DNA of 64,000 bases from an uncultured Clostridia bacterium (lineage in GTDB: Bacteria > Bacillota > Clostridia > TANB77 > CAG-508), in the NCBI GenBank assembly GCA_944390405.1, contig CALXPS010000003.1, forward strand, positions 1,937 through 65,936. Reading direction: 5' to 3'. The notes below the pieces were generated by a model. That model was not told where the DNA came from and did not search any database. It saw only the letters and a program-made list of their open reading frames with translations. A program made the position numbers and the translations under genes. Below are positions 26,151 to 35,843 of the stretch, piece after piece (the first letter of the stretch is position 1; each line of letters starts with the position of its first letter).

Positions 26151-27611
26151 ATGAATTTAAAATCTATTATTTCCGGAATAGATGGATTAAAAGCAAAAGG
26201 AAATCTAGAAATGGAAATAAATTCCATAGAAAGTGATTCTAGAAAAGTTACTAAAAATGGTATGTTTGTTGCAGTAGTAGGCTTTGAAACAGATGGGCAT
26301 AAATTTATTAAACAAGCAATAGAAAATGGAGCATCAGTTGTAATGATTCAAGAAGGTGCTAAAGTAAATAAAGAAGATTTTAATGATGATATAACAATAA
26401 TAATGGCACCAGATACTAGAATAGCATTAGCTAAAATAGCATGTAATTTCTATAAAAATCCATCAACTAAATTTAAGTTAATAGGTGTAACAGGAACTAA
26501 AGGAAAAACAACAACAACATTTATGATTAAAGCTATATTAGAAGAACAAGGTAAAAAAGTTGGATTAATAGGTACTGTTGCAAATTATATAGGAAATAAA
26601 AATCTAGGAGAAAGTACAAGAACTACACCAGATAGCTTAGAATTACAAAAATTATTTAATCAAATGGTAGAGGAAAAAGTAGATTGTGTAATTATGGAAG
26701 TTTCATCACAGGCTTTAAAGTTACATAGAGTAGATGGATGTGATTTTGATATAGGAGTTTTTACTAATTTTTCTGAAGATCATATAAGTGCTAATGAACA
26801 TCCAAATATGGAGGACTATTTTAATTCAAAATTAAAATTAATGGAAATGAGTAAACTAGATTATATAAATGCAGATGATTTTAGAGTAGTAAAAATAAAG
26901 AAATTATTGCCAGAAAAAGATATAAAAACATATGGAATAGATAATGAAACAGACTTATTAGCAAAAGACATAACTATAACAAATTCTAGTGTAGATTTTA
27001 AAGTAAAGATAAATGGAAAAAACGAAAGAGTAAAAACAGGTATACCAGGAAGATTTAGTGTATATAATTCATTAGCAGCAATTAGTGTAGCAATGAAACT
27101 TGGAGCAAATGCTGAACAAATAAAAGAAGCATTATTAAAAGTAAGAGTCCCAGGAAGAAGCGAATTGGTAGATAATAAAAAAGGCTTACCAATAATGATA
27201 GATTATGCACATTCTCCAGAGAGTTTGCAAAGTATATTAAGTGCAGTAAAAAGTTATACTAGGGGAAAGGTAATTTCTGTATTTGGTTGCGGAGGAGATA
27301 GAGACAAGGCAAAAAGACCAATTATGGGACAAATTTCAGCAAAAATTGCGGACTTTACAATAATTACATCAGATAATCCAAGAACGGAAGAACCAGAAGA
27401 TATAATAAGACAAATAGAAAAAGGAGCTAAAAAATCAAAAGGTAAATACATAACAATAGTAGATAGAACAGAAGCAATAAAATATGCAATAAACATGGCA
27501 ACAAAAAATGATATAATAGTTTTAGCAGGAAAAGGACATGAAACATACCAAGAAATAAATGGTGAAAAGAAACATTATGATGAAAGAGAAATTATAAAGG
27601 AGGTTATATAA
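26151..27611 (+). CDS. murE: UDP-N-acetylmuramoyl-L-alanyl-D-glutamate--2,6-diaminopimelate ligase
   Basis: GVTGTKGKTTT P-loop. The DNPRTE motif points to meso-DAP specificity. Confidence 0.9.
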   Translation: MNLKSIISGIDGLKAKGNLEMEINSIESDSRKVTKNGMFVAVVGFETDGHKFIKQAIENGASVVMIQEGAKVNKEDFNDDITIIMAPDTRIALAKIACNFYKNPSTKFKLIGVTGTKGKTTTTFMIKAILEEQGKKVGLIGTVANYIGNKNLGESTRTTPDSLELQKLFNQMVEEKVDCVIMEVSSQALKLHRVDGCDFDIGVFTNFSEDHISANEHPNMEDYFNSKLKLMEMSKLDYINADDFRVVKIKKLLPEKDIKTYGIDNETDLLAKDITITNSSVDFKVKINGKNERVKTGIPGRFSVYNSLAAISVAMKLGANAEQIKEALLKVRVPGRSELVDNKKGLPIMIDYAHSPESLQSILSAVKSYTRGKVISVFGCGGDRDKAKRPIMGQISAKIADFTIITSDNPRTEEPEDIIRQIEKGAKKSKGKYITIVDRTEAIKYAINMATKNDIIVLAGKGHETYQEINGEKKHYDEREIIKEVI

Positions 27612-27612
27612 A

Positions 27613-28593
27613 TTGTATTTTCAAACAAGAATATTGTTTGTATCATTCATAGCTACAGTAATTCTAGCAATATTTATAATACCAATATTAAGAAAATTTA
27701 AAATAGGCCAAATAGAAAGAGAAGAGGGACCAGAAAGCCATTTAGGAAAAAAAGGCACACCAACAATGGGAGGAATAATTATTGCACTTGGCATAATTAT
27801 TGGTACAATAGGAGGATATATATATTACTCTACAACAGATCCAGTAGTAGGAGAAAGATTATTCCCATTGTTACTTATATCAATAGGTTTTGGAGTAATA
27901 GGATTTATAGATGATTACAAAAAATTGGTTTTAAAAAATACAAAAGGCTTAAAACCATCAAGTAAAATGCTAGGGTTACTTATAATATCAGTACTATTCA
28001 CATTATACTTATTAAGAGGAATAAATTTAGGTACTAGCACAATAATTCCTTTTATGAAAACAGAAGTGGTTTTACCAGTTTTAGTATATATACCATTTGC
28101 GATTTTTGTTATGCTAGCAACAACAAATGCGGTTAATTTGACAGATGGAATAGATGGATTAAGTGCTAGTGTTGCAGCAATAATTACTACATGCTTAACT
28201 GTAATAGCAATAATATTAGATGTAAAAGAAATAGTTGTATTTGGAAGTATAATAGTAGGAGCTTGTTTAGGATTTTTAATATTTAATTTAAACACAGCTA
28301 AAGTATTTATGGGAGATACAGGCTCATTACTTCTAGGAGGAGTAATATCAGCAATTGCATTATATTTACAAATGCCACTTATATTATTAATAATTGCGGC
28401 GATACCTGTTATAGAAACAATTTCTGTTGTTTTACAGGTAGTGTATTTTAAGAAAACAAAAGGAAAAAGATTATTTAAAATGGCACCACTACATCATCAT
28501 TTTGAATTATCTGGTTGGAAAGAAAATAAAGTGGTATCAATATTTTGTATATTTACATTGATGTTATGTATTATAGGACTTTGTTCTATATAA
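27613..28593 (+). CDS. mraY: Phospho-N-acetylmuramoyl-pentapeptide transferase
   Basis: TTG start. GKKGTPTMGG...NAVNLTDGIDGL...FMGDTGSL. Confidence 0.9.
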   Translation: MYFQTRILFVSFIATVILAIFIIPILRKFKIGQIEREEGPESHLGKKGTPTMGGIIIALGIIIGTIGGYIYYSTTDPVVGERLFPLLLISIGFGVIGFIDDYKKLVLKNTKGLKPSSKMLGLLIISVLFTLYLLRGINLGTSTIIPFMKTEVVLPVLVYIPFAIFVMLATTNAVNLTDGIDGLSASVAAIITTCLTVIAIILDVKEIVVFGSIIVGACLGFLIFNLNTAKVFMGDTGSLLLGGVISAIALYLQMPLILLIIAAIPVIETISVVLQVVYFKKTKGKRLFKMAPLHHHFELSGWKENKVVSIFCIFTLMLCIIGLCSI

Positions 28594-28629
28594 ACAAAAG
28601 AGACATAAGATAAAGTAAGAGAGGTATTT

Positions 28630-29772
28630 ATGAAAAGCAAGCAAGATAGGGAAATTAGTAAGCCATTTGATTTTATTTTATTTATAGTAGTCTTAATTCT
28701 TTTAGGAATGGGTATAACAATGGTACTTTCAGCAAGTTCACCAATGTCATTATCTACAACTTCAAGTAGCTATACATATGTATCTAAGCAAGCTATTGCA
28801 GCAGTACTTGGAATAATTGTTATGCTAATCATATCAAAGATAGACTATAAAATATTATCAAGATTTTATAAAATAATTTGGATTGTTTCTATTGTTGGAT
28901 TAGCAGCAGTTATGATACCCGGGATAGGAGTAACAGTAAAAGGTGCAACAAGATGGATTAAATTCCCTGTGTTTGGAACAATTCAACCATCAGAAATAAC
29001 AAAACTAGGATTAATAATATTTTTTGCAGCATATCTTACAAAACATAGAAACGAATTAAAAAAATTGTGGAAAGGATTTTTTAAGCCAATATTATTCTTC
29101 TTAGCACCCCCAATATTTATAATTTTAGTAATACAATCACACTTAAGTGCATCAGTTTTAATAATACTAACAATATCAGTGATGATGTTAATGGCAGGTT
29201 GTAAAGTATCACATTTTGCAATATTTGGAGGAGCAGGAGTAACAATAGGTAGTATAGGACTATATGTACTTGCAAAATATTTTGGAATAGGGGCATATAG
29301 ATTAAAAAGAATTACAGCTTTTTTAGACCCATGGGCAGATCCATTAGATACAGGTTGGCAAATAATCCAAGGATTATATGCTATAGGTTCAGGAGGACTA
29401 TTTGGGGTAGGTTTAGGAAACAGTAGACAAAAATATTTATATATATCAGAGCCACATAATGATTACATATTTGCAGTACTAGCAGAAGAGCTAGGATTTA
29501 TAGGCTGTATAGTAGTTATATTACTATTTGCAATATTTATTTGGAGAGGAATAATAATATCAATGAAAGCTCCAGATATGTTTGGAAGTTTACTAGCATG
29601 TGGAATAACAGCACTTATAGGTTTCCAAGCTATTATAAATATAGCTGTTGTAACATCTTCAATGCCAGTAACAGGAATTTCACTTCCGTTTTTTAGTTAT
29701 GGAGGAACTTCGCTCATAATTTTACTAGCTTCAGTCCGGTGTTCTTCTCAATATTTCAAGACAAACAAATAA
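28630..29772 (+). CDS. spoVE: FtsW/RodA/SpoVE-family peptidoglycan glycosyltransferase (SpoVE-like by position); the C-terminal 12 codons are frame-shifted at in-frame CGG 29737
   Basis: SEPHNDYIFAVLAEELGF...GISLPFFSYGGTSL. Skipping C29737 gives ...LLASVGVLLNISRQTNKM* ending at 29779. Confidence 0.85.
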   Translation: MKSKQDREISKPFDFILFIVVLILLGMGITMVLSASSPMSLSTTSSSYTYVSKQAIAAVLGIIVMLIISKIDYKILSRFYKIIWIVSIVGLAAVMIPGIGVTVKGATRWIKFPVFGTIQPSEITKLGLIIFFAAYLTKHRNELKKLWKGFFKPILFFLAPPIFIILVIQSHLSASVLIILTISVMMLMAGCKVSHFAIFGGAGVTIGSIGLYVLAKYFGIGAYRLKRITAFLDPWADPLDTGWQIIQGLYAIGSGGLFGVGLGNSRQKYLYISEPHNDYIFAVLAEELGFIGCIVVILLFAIFIWRGIIISMKAPDMFGSLLACGITALIGFQAIINIAVVTSSMPVTGISLPFFSYGGTSLIILLASVRCSSQYFKTNK

Positions 29773-29802
29773 AATGTAATAGCATGAAAAAAGGAGAAGT
29801 TT

Positions 29803-30897
29803 ATGAAAGTTATAATTGCGGCAGCAGGAACTGGGGGACATATTAATCCAGGAATTGCGATAGCTAATGAAATAAAAAAACATAATAAAAATGCTGAAAT
29901 CACTTTTATTGGAACTCCAAGAGGATTAGAAAATGATTTAGTACCAAGAAGTGGGTATAAATTAAAAACTATAGATGCATATGGAATAAAAAGAGAAATA
30001 AGTTTCCAAAATTTTAAAAATATATGTAAGACTTTAAAAAGTTATAAAACTGCGAAAAAAATAATAAAACAAATAAATCCAGATGTAATAATTGGTACAG
30101 GAGGATATATCTGCGGACCAGTATTATCAAATGGAGCAAAATTAAAAATACCTACATTATTACATGAAAGTAATGCTTTCCCAGGGATAGCTGTAAAAGT
30201 CTTATCAAAAAAAACAGATACAGTTTTAGTAGGGTTTGAAGATGCGAAAAAAAGGTTACCAAAAGCAAAAAATGTTGTGGTTACAGGGACTCCTACAAAA
30301 GTAAATAAAGTTCATTTAAATGATAAACAAAAAGCAGATATAAAAAAACAATTTAAAATAGAGAACAAATTACCTATTGTAGTAATATTTGGAGGCAGTC
30401 AAGGAGCAGAATCTATTAATAGATGTTTAATTGAAATTATAAACAAAAAACTAAATGAAAAGTATCAAATAATTTGGGCTGTTGGAAAGCAAAAACATGA
30501 AGAAGTGAGAAATAAAATAAAAAAACTATATAATGTAAGTATAGTACCATATATATACAATATGGAAGAAGTTTTGAATTTAGCAGATTTAATTGTTTCA
30601 AGAAGTGGGGCAATGACAATAACAGAAGTTGCAAAATGTGGTAAGCCAGCAATATTTATTCCATACCCATATGCAACAGAAAACCATCAAGAATATAATG
30701 CTAAAGTTTTAGAAAAGGCAGGTGCTGCAAAAATAATATTAAATAAAGATTTAAGTACTGATAAATTAAACAAAACAATAATTGAAATAATAAAGGATAA
30801 AGAAAAATTAAAACAAATGGGCAAAAATGCAGAGAAAATATCAATAAAAAATGTAAATGAAAAAATATATAAAGAAATAGAAAAATTATTAAAATAA
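29803..30897 (+). CDS. murG: Undecaprenyldiphospho-muramoylpentapeptide beta-N-acetylglucosaminyltransferase
   Basis: AAGTGGHINPGIAIA...GGSQGA...SRSGAMTITE. Confidence 0.9.
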   Translation: MKVIIAAAGTGGHINPGIAIANEIKKHNKNAEITFIGTPRGLENDLVPRSGYKLKTIDAYGIKREISFQNFKNICKTLKSYKTAKKIIKQINPDVIIGTGGYICGPVLSNGAKLKIPTLLHESNAFPGIAVKVLSKKTDTVLVGFEDAKKRLPKAKNVVVTGTPTKVNKVHLNDKQKADIKKQFKIENKLPIVVIFGGSQGAESINRCLIEIINKKLNEKYQIIWAVGKQKHEEVRNKIKKLYNVSIVPYIYNMEEVLNLADLIVSRSGAMTITEVAKCGKPAIFIPYPYATENHQEYNAKVLEKAGAAKIILNKDLSTDKLNKTIIEIIKDKEKLKQMGKNAEKISIKNVNEKIYKEIEKLLK

Positions 30898-30992
30898 TGC
30901 ACATAGAACAAATTAATCTATGTGCATTAAAATTAAATATATTGTGGTCAGGCACATTTATTTATCAAAAACATATAATTTGTTATAGATAA

Positions 30993-31710
30993 ATGGAGGT
31001 GTTTTTTTTGTGGCTTTGTTTAATAAGTTTCATAGAATTTTGCAAAACGGCATTTTTTGTTTTAGGATACATATCAAATAATAGTTTATTTCCAGAACCA
31101 TTATCTCCAGACGAAGAAAAAGAATATTTAGAAAAATATATGCATGGCGATGAGGACGCAAGAAACGTATTAATAGAACGAAATTTACGTTTGGTAGCAC
31201 ATATATGTAAAAAATATAATATACCCAATTTGGAATTAGATGATTTAATTTCAATAGGAACAATAGGATTAATAAAAGGTATAAACACATTTAATTTAGA
31301 TAAAAATGTAAGGCTAGCAACTTATGCATCAAGATGTATAGAAAATGAGATATTAATGTATTTACGAAGTACGAAAAAGATAGGAGCAGAAGTATATTTA
31401 AATGAACCAATAGGAAAAGATAAGGATGATAATGAAATTTCGTTAATAGATATATTAGAAAACGATGAAAAAAATATAGAAGAAGAAGTTGATTTCAAAT
31501 TAAAAATGAAACAAATATATGAAAAAATAAAATCTGTGCTAAAAGCAAGGGAACAAATAATAATTGAATTAAGATTTGGCCTTCGGAGGTAAAAAACCAA
31601 AAACACAAAATGAAGTTGCAAAAATCTTAGGAATATCACGTTCCTATGTGTCTAGGATAGAAACAAAGGCAATAAAAAGACTAAATGAAGAACTAGAACA
31701 AAAAATATAG
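30993..31710 (+). pseudogene. sigK: Sporulation sigma factor, pro-sigma-K-like (SigK more likely than SigE); frame breaks at in-frame CGG 31584-31586 before region 4.2
   Basis: GYISNNSLFPEPLS pro-sequence junction. ARNVLIERNLRLVAHICKKY, DLISIGTIGLIKGI, YASRCIENEILMYLR. The +1 frame from 31585 reads GGKKPKTQNEVAKILGISRSYVSRIETKAIKRL...* ending at 31710. The likely true start is TTG 31008, 8 nt after GGAGG. Confidence 0.75.
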
Positions 31711-31780
31711 GAACTAGATATAAATCCAAGGTAAAATAATAGAATGTAAAGAAGGAAAATAGTTGAAAGTAGTAAATAAG

Positions 31781-33355
31781 TTAATTAAGCCTATATAGTG
31801 TCTTTCCTTCTTTTAATGTTTCTAATACCTTAATATTTTTTATTTCATCTGAATTTACTTCTAAAGGATTTTTATCAACGATTATTAAGTTAGCTAATTT
31901 ACCTTCTTTGATAGAGCCTTTTGTATTTTCTTCGAAGTATTGATATGCACTATTAATAGTTACAGCCTTTATTGCATCTAAAACAGAGATCTTTTCATCT
32001 TCTCCTAATGTTATTCCACTTTTTGTCTTTCTTGTTACAGCACACCAAATAGTTTCAAACATATTTGGATTTATTACAGGAGAATCCTGATGAAAAGTAA
32101 ATAATATATCTTGTCCTAAAGCAGAACGAGCAGGACTGATTTTACTAGCTCTTTCGTATCCAAAATTATTAACATGAATATCTCCCCAATAAAAAACATG
32201 AGCTATGAAAAAGGAAAGAATAATATGGTATTTCTTTAATTCAGGTAATTGGTCAATACCTACTAATTGAGCATGTATCATGACAGGTCTAATTTCAGCT
32301 ATATTATTCTCAAAATTTTTTATACTGTTTATATATTGCTCAGCAGCTCTGTCACCATTACAATGAGCAAGTAGTTGCATATTTGTATCTTTTGCTATCT
32401 TTACAGCTTCTTCTACATCTTTGTTATTCATAGTATTATACCCAAAGTAATTACTGTCATCTATATAAGGTGTTCTCATCCATGCAGTTCTTCCTTGAGG
32501 AGAACCATCTAAAAAGATTTTATAGCCACCTAATTTAAAATTATTGTGATATTTCCTAATACTGTTGCTAAAAGTGTCGAAAAGTATTTCTCTGTTTTTA
32601 GGTTCAATATAAGAAACTAAATCCAATTTTAACTTTTTACTATTTACTAAATTTTGATAAATAGGTATCATAGAGGGATAGGCCATTCCGTCTTGAATAG
32701 TAGTAATACCATAAGATAAATATAAATCTTGAGCTTTTTCATATGCATTTAATAAATCTTCCATATCAGGCATTGGAACTTGTTTTAAATAATTCAAAAA
32801 AGAATTTTCTTCCATGTAACCAGTTAACTTACCATCCAATTTTTCAATCATACCTCCTCCAGGCGAAGCGGTATGCTCAGTTATATTGAAAAATTTCAAT
32901 CCGTTACTATTAAAAACTCCCATATGGCCAGACTTATGTTGCAACACAACTGGATTATTTGGTAATACTGAATCTATTATTTCTTTATTTGGATGTTTTT
33001 TTTCAGACAAATTATTATGGTCATATCCATCAGCTAATATCCATACATTATCAGCTATTTTATGACTAGATTTATATTCCTTTAATTTATTTTGAATGTC
33101 TTTAAAATTTCTACAATCTTCCAGATTTACTTTTAAAAGACCATTTGCTACTCCTGAAAAATGACTATGAGCATCAATAAAAGAGGGCATCATAGTATTT
33201 CCTTCCAAATTTATTAATTTGGTTTCTTTATCTTTAAGATGTAAGATTTCTTCTTTATTTCCAACTTTTTTTATTATACCATCTTCTATTAACAATGCTT
33301 CTATATTGTTATTTTCCAATGTGATAAAATTACCATTATAATATATCTTTTTCAT
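31781..33355 (-). CDS. Amidohydrolase-family metal-dependent hydrolase (YtcJ-like, Amidohydro_3)
   Basis: PSFIDAHSHF metal-binding motif. 524 aa with typical family length and layout. Confidence 0.7.
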   Translation of the reverse strand: MKKIYYNGNFITLENNNIEALLIEDGIIKKVGNKEEILHLKDKETKLINLEGNTMMPSFIDAHSHFSGVANGLLKVNLEDCRNFKDIQNKLKEYKSSHKIADNVWILADGYDHNNLSEKKHPNKEIIDSVLPNNPVVLQHKSGHMGVFNSNGLKFFNITEHTASPGGGMIEKLDGKLTGYMEENSFLNYLKQVPMPDMEDLLNAYEKAQDLYLSYGITTIQDGMAYPSMIPIYQNLVNSKKLKLDLVSYIEPKNREILFDTFSNSIRKYHNNFKLGGYKIFLDGSPQGRTAWMRTPYIDDSNYFGYNTMNNKDVEEAVKIAKDTNMQLLAHCNGDRAAEQYINSIKNFENNIAEIRPVMIHAQLVGIDQLPELKKYHIILSFFIAHVFYWGDIHVNNFGYERASKISPARSALGQDILFTFHQDSPVINPNMFETIWCAVTRKTKSGITLGEDEKISVLDAIKAVTINSAYQYFEENTKGSIKEGKLANLIIVDKNPLEVNSDEIKNIKVLETLKEGKTLYRLN

Positions 33356-33441
33356 AAATTAATATCACCTAATATTTATTATATACTGATTAAAAAATTT
33401 TTATGTAATAGAAAATAACCTCTTCCATATAGGTAGAGGCA

Positions 33442-33663
33442 TTAAATGTTTGAAATATAATTATTTTGAATAAAACGAGAAATGTTTTTAACAGAAATTC
33501 CTGTACCAAAAGATAAACTTTCAATAGAATTACCAGTAGGAGAGGTAACAATGTAACTGTTTAAATTATAAATATCTTGTTTGTCTTTAGCCTCACAATT
33601 GCAACATACATCATTAGAAGAAGCAAAAAAACAACCACATCTAGCACATCTTTTTAATTCCAT
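33442..33663 (-). CDS. Small zinc-ribbon protein (YvyF/TIGR03826-like)
   Basis: MELKRCARCGCFFASSNDVCCNCEAKDKQ followed by a short helical tail. The family assignment is tentative. Confidence 0.35.
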   Translation of the reverse strand: MELKRCARCGCFFASSNDVCCNCEAKDKQDIYNLNSYIVTSPTGNSIESLSFGTGISVKNISRFIQNNYISNI

Positions 33664-33925
33664 ATAAAACCAATCCTTTCTCATAAAAATTAATTTTATT
33701 ACATTTTATCACAAAAAAAATAAAAATGAAAGAGAATAGAACAAAAAACGCAAAAATTTACTTTTTCAATTAACAAGTAGTAAAATTCAAAGAATTTTTA
33801 AGCATTTCTATTGACATAAATAAAGATTAAAGGTAAAATATAAGAGTACAGAAATTAATATATTGAAAAATAGATATATGATAAATCTGAACATTGAAAA
33901 TTTAATAAGTAAAGAGGTGTTTTTT

Positions 33926-35470
33926 ATGAATGAAGCAACAATAGCCATAATCACCTTTCTTATCTCAGCAGCTATTTTTATACCATTAGGAATATTAATT
34001 AGAAAAAAATCAGCTGAATCTAAAATCAAAAGTGCAGAAAATGAAGCAAATAGAATTCTGTCAAACGCAAAAAAAGAAGCAGAAAATGCAAAAAAAGAAG
34101 AAATCTTAAAAGCAAAGGAAGAAGCTTTGCAGACAAAAAATGAATTAGATAGAGAGATTAAAGAAAGAAGAGGCGAAGTACAACAACAAGAAAAAAGATT
34201 ATTTCAAAGAGAAGAAGCGTTAGAGAGGCGTTCTGAAAATTTTGAAAAAAGAGAAAAAGAATTAGAAAGGAACATTCAAGAGGTAGACAAAAAGAAAAAA
34301 TCATTAGATGAAATATACAACAAGCAAATATCAGAACTACAAAGAATAGCAGGTTTATCAAGAGAAGAGGCAAAAAAAATACTATTACAACAATTAGACA
34401 AAACCTTAAATGATGAAAAAGCAGCCTTAATAAAATCAGTAGAGACTAATGCTAAAGAAACAGCAAATAAAAAAGCAAGAGAAATTGTTAGCTATGCTAT
34501 TCAGAAATGTGCAGCGGACCATACATCTGAAACAACAGTATCAGTAGTAGCACTTCCAAATGATGATATGAAAGGAAGGATAATAGGAAGAGAAGGTCGT
34601 AACATAAAAATGCTAGAAACACTAACAGGAATAGATTTAATAATAGATGATACACCAGAAGCTGTTATACTTTCAGGATTTGACCCATTAAGAAGAGAAG
34701 TAGCAAGAATTGCCTTAGAAAAACTAATAGAAGACGGAAGAATTCACCCAGCTAAAATTGAAGAAATGGTAGAAAAGGCCAAAGAAGAATTGGAAGAGAC
34801 AATAAAAGAAGAAGGGGAAAGAGCAGTATTAGAAGCTGGAGTACATGGTTTACATCCAGACTTAGTAAGACTTCTAGGAAAATTGAAATATAGAACAAGT
34901 TATGGACAAAATGTCTTAAACCATTCAATAGAAGTTTCAAACTTAGCAAGAATAATGGCAGATGAACTAGGCTTAGATACAAAAATTGCACGAAGAGCAG
35001 GACTATTACATGATATAGGAAAAGCTCTAGACCATGACATGGAAGGAACACATGTGCAAATAGGTGTTGATGTATTAAAAAAATATAAAGAATCAGATGT
35101 TATTTTAAATGCAGTAGAAGCACATCATGGAGATGTTGAACCAAAAACACTAGAAGCAGTATTAATACAAGCAGCAGATGCTATATCAGCATCAAGACCA
35201 GGAGCAAGAAGAGAAACATTAGAAGCATATATTAAAAGACTAGAAAAACTAGAAGAAATAGCAGATTCTTTTGAAGGTGTAGAAAAATCATTTGCAATAC
35301 AAGCAGGAAGAGAAATAAGGCTAATCGTAAAACCAGAAAAAGTTTCAGATAGTCAAATAATAACAATGGCAAGAGATGTAGCACAAAAAGTAGAAAATGA
35401 AATGGAATATCCAGGGCAAATAAAAGTAAATGTAATAAGAGAAACAAGAGCAATAGACTATGCAAAATAA
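33926..35470 (+). CDS. rny: Ribonuclease Y
   Basis: N-terminal TM, long coiled coil, KH domain ([15 protein letters not shown]), HD domain (LLHDIGKA). The start is moved to ATG 33926, which has an AAAGAGGTG RBS. Confidence 0.9.
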   Translation: MNEATIAIITFLISAAIFIPLGILIRKKSAESKIKSAENEANRILSNAKKEAENAKKEEILKAKEEALQTKNELDREIKERRGEVQQQEKRLFQREEALERRSENFEKREKELERNIQEVDKKKKSLDEIYNKQISELQRIAGLSREEAKKILLQQLDKTLNDEKAALIKSVETNAKETANKKAREIVSYAIQKCAADHTSETTVSVVALPNDDMKGRIIGREGRNIKMLETLTGIDLIIDDTPEAVILSGFDPLRREVARIALEKLIEDGRIHPAKIEEMVEKAKEELEETIKEEGERAVLEAGVHGLHPDLVRLLGKLKYRTSYGQNVLNHSIEVSNLARIMADELGLDTKIARRAGLLHDIGKALDHDMEGTHVQIGVDVLKKYKESDVILNAVEAHHGDVEPKTLEAVLIQAADAISASRPGARRETLEAYIKRLEKLEEIADSFEGVEKSFAIQAGREIRLIVKPEKVSDSQIITMARDVAQKVENEMEYPGQIKVNVIRETRAIDYAK

Positions 35471-35473
35471 ACA

Positions 35474-35512
35474 AAAACAGCTAAATAGGGGAAACCTTAT
35501 TTAGCTGTTTTT
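35474..35512 (+). terminator. Rho-independent terminator after rny
   Basis: aaaacagctaaatagg-ggaaa-ccttatttagctgtttt. Confidence 0.75.
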
Positions 35513-35526
35513 CATGTATACAAAAT

Positions 35527-35555
35527 TTGACTTCTACAAAAAAAAGTAGTATAAT
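35527..35555 (+). promoter_or_regulatory. Consensus sigma-A promoter for rnj
   Basis: TTGACT, 17-nt spacer, TATAAT. Followed by a ~285-nt untranslated leader. Confidence 0.6.
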
Positions 35556-35843
35556 ATTAAAAGTGATGCCAGAAAGTGGCAAAGATGAGATTTATATATG
35601 TTTAGTAAAAGAAGTATCGGGGAAAAATAATAATAAAGTTTAAAGCAAAATGATTAAATTTGTTTTAAATTAAGTGAAAAAAATAGCCCATTTTCACTTT
35701 ATTGATTATGTAAAAATATGATTTCAAGAGAAGAAAATCAAAAAAACATAACAGAGATAAATTACATAAACAAAAAATGTAATAAGGAGAAACTTTTAAA
35801 AGCATAAAAGTAAATCGAAAAAAAGAGGAGGATAAAAAATATA

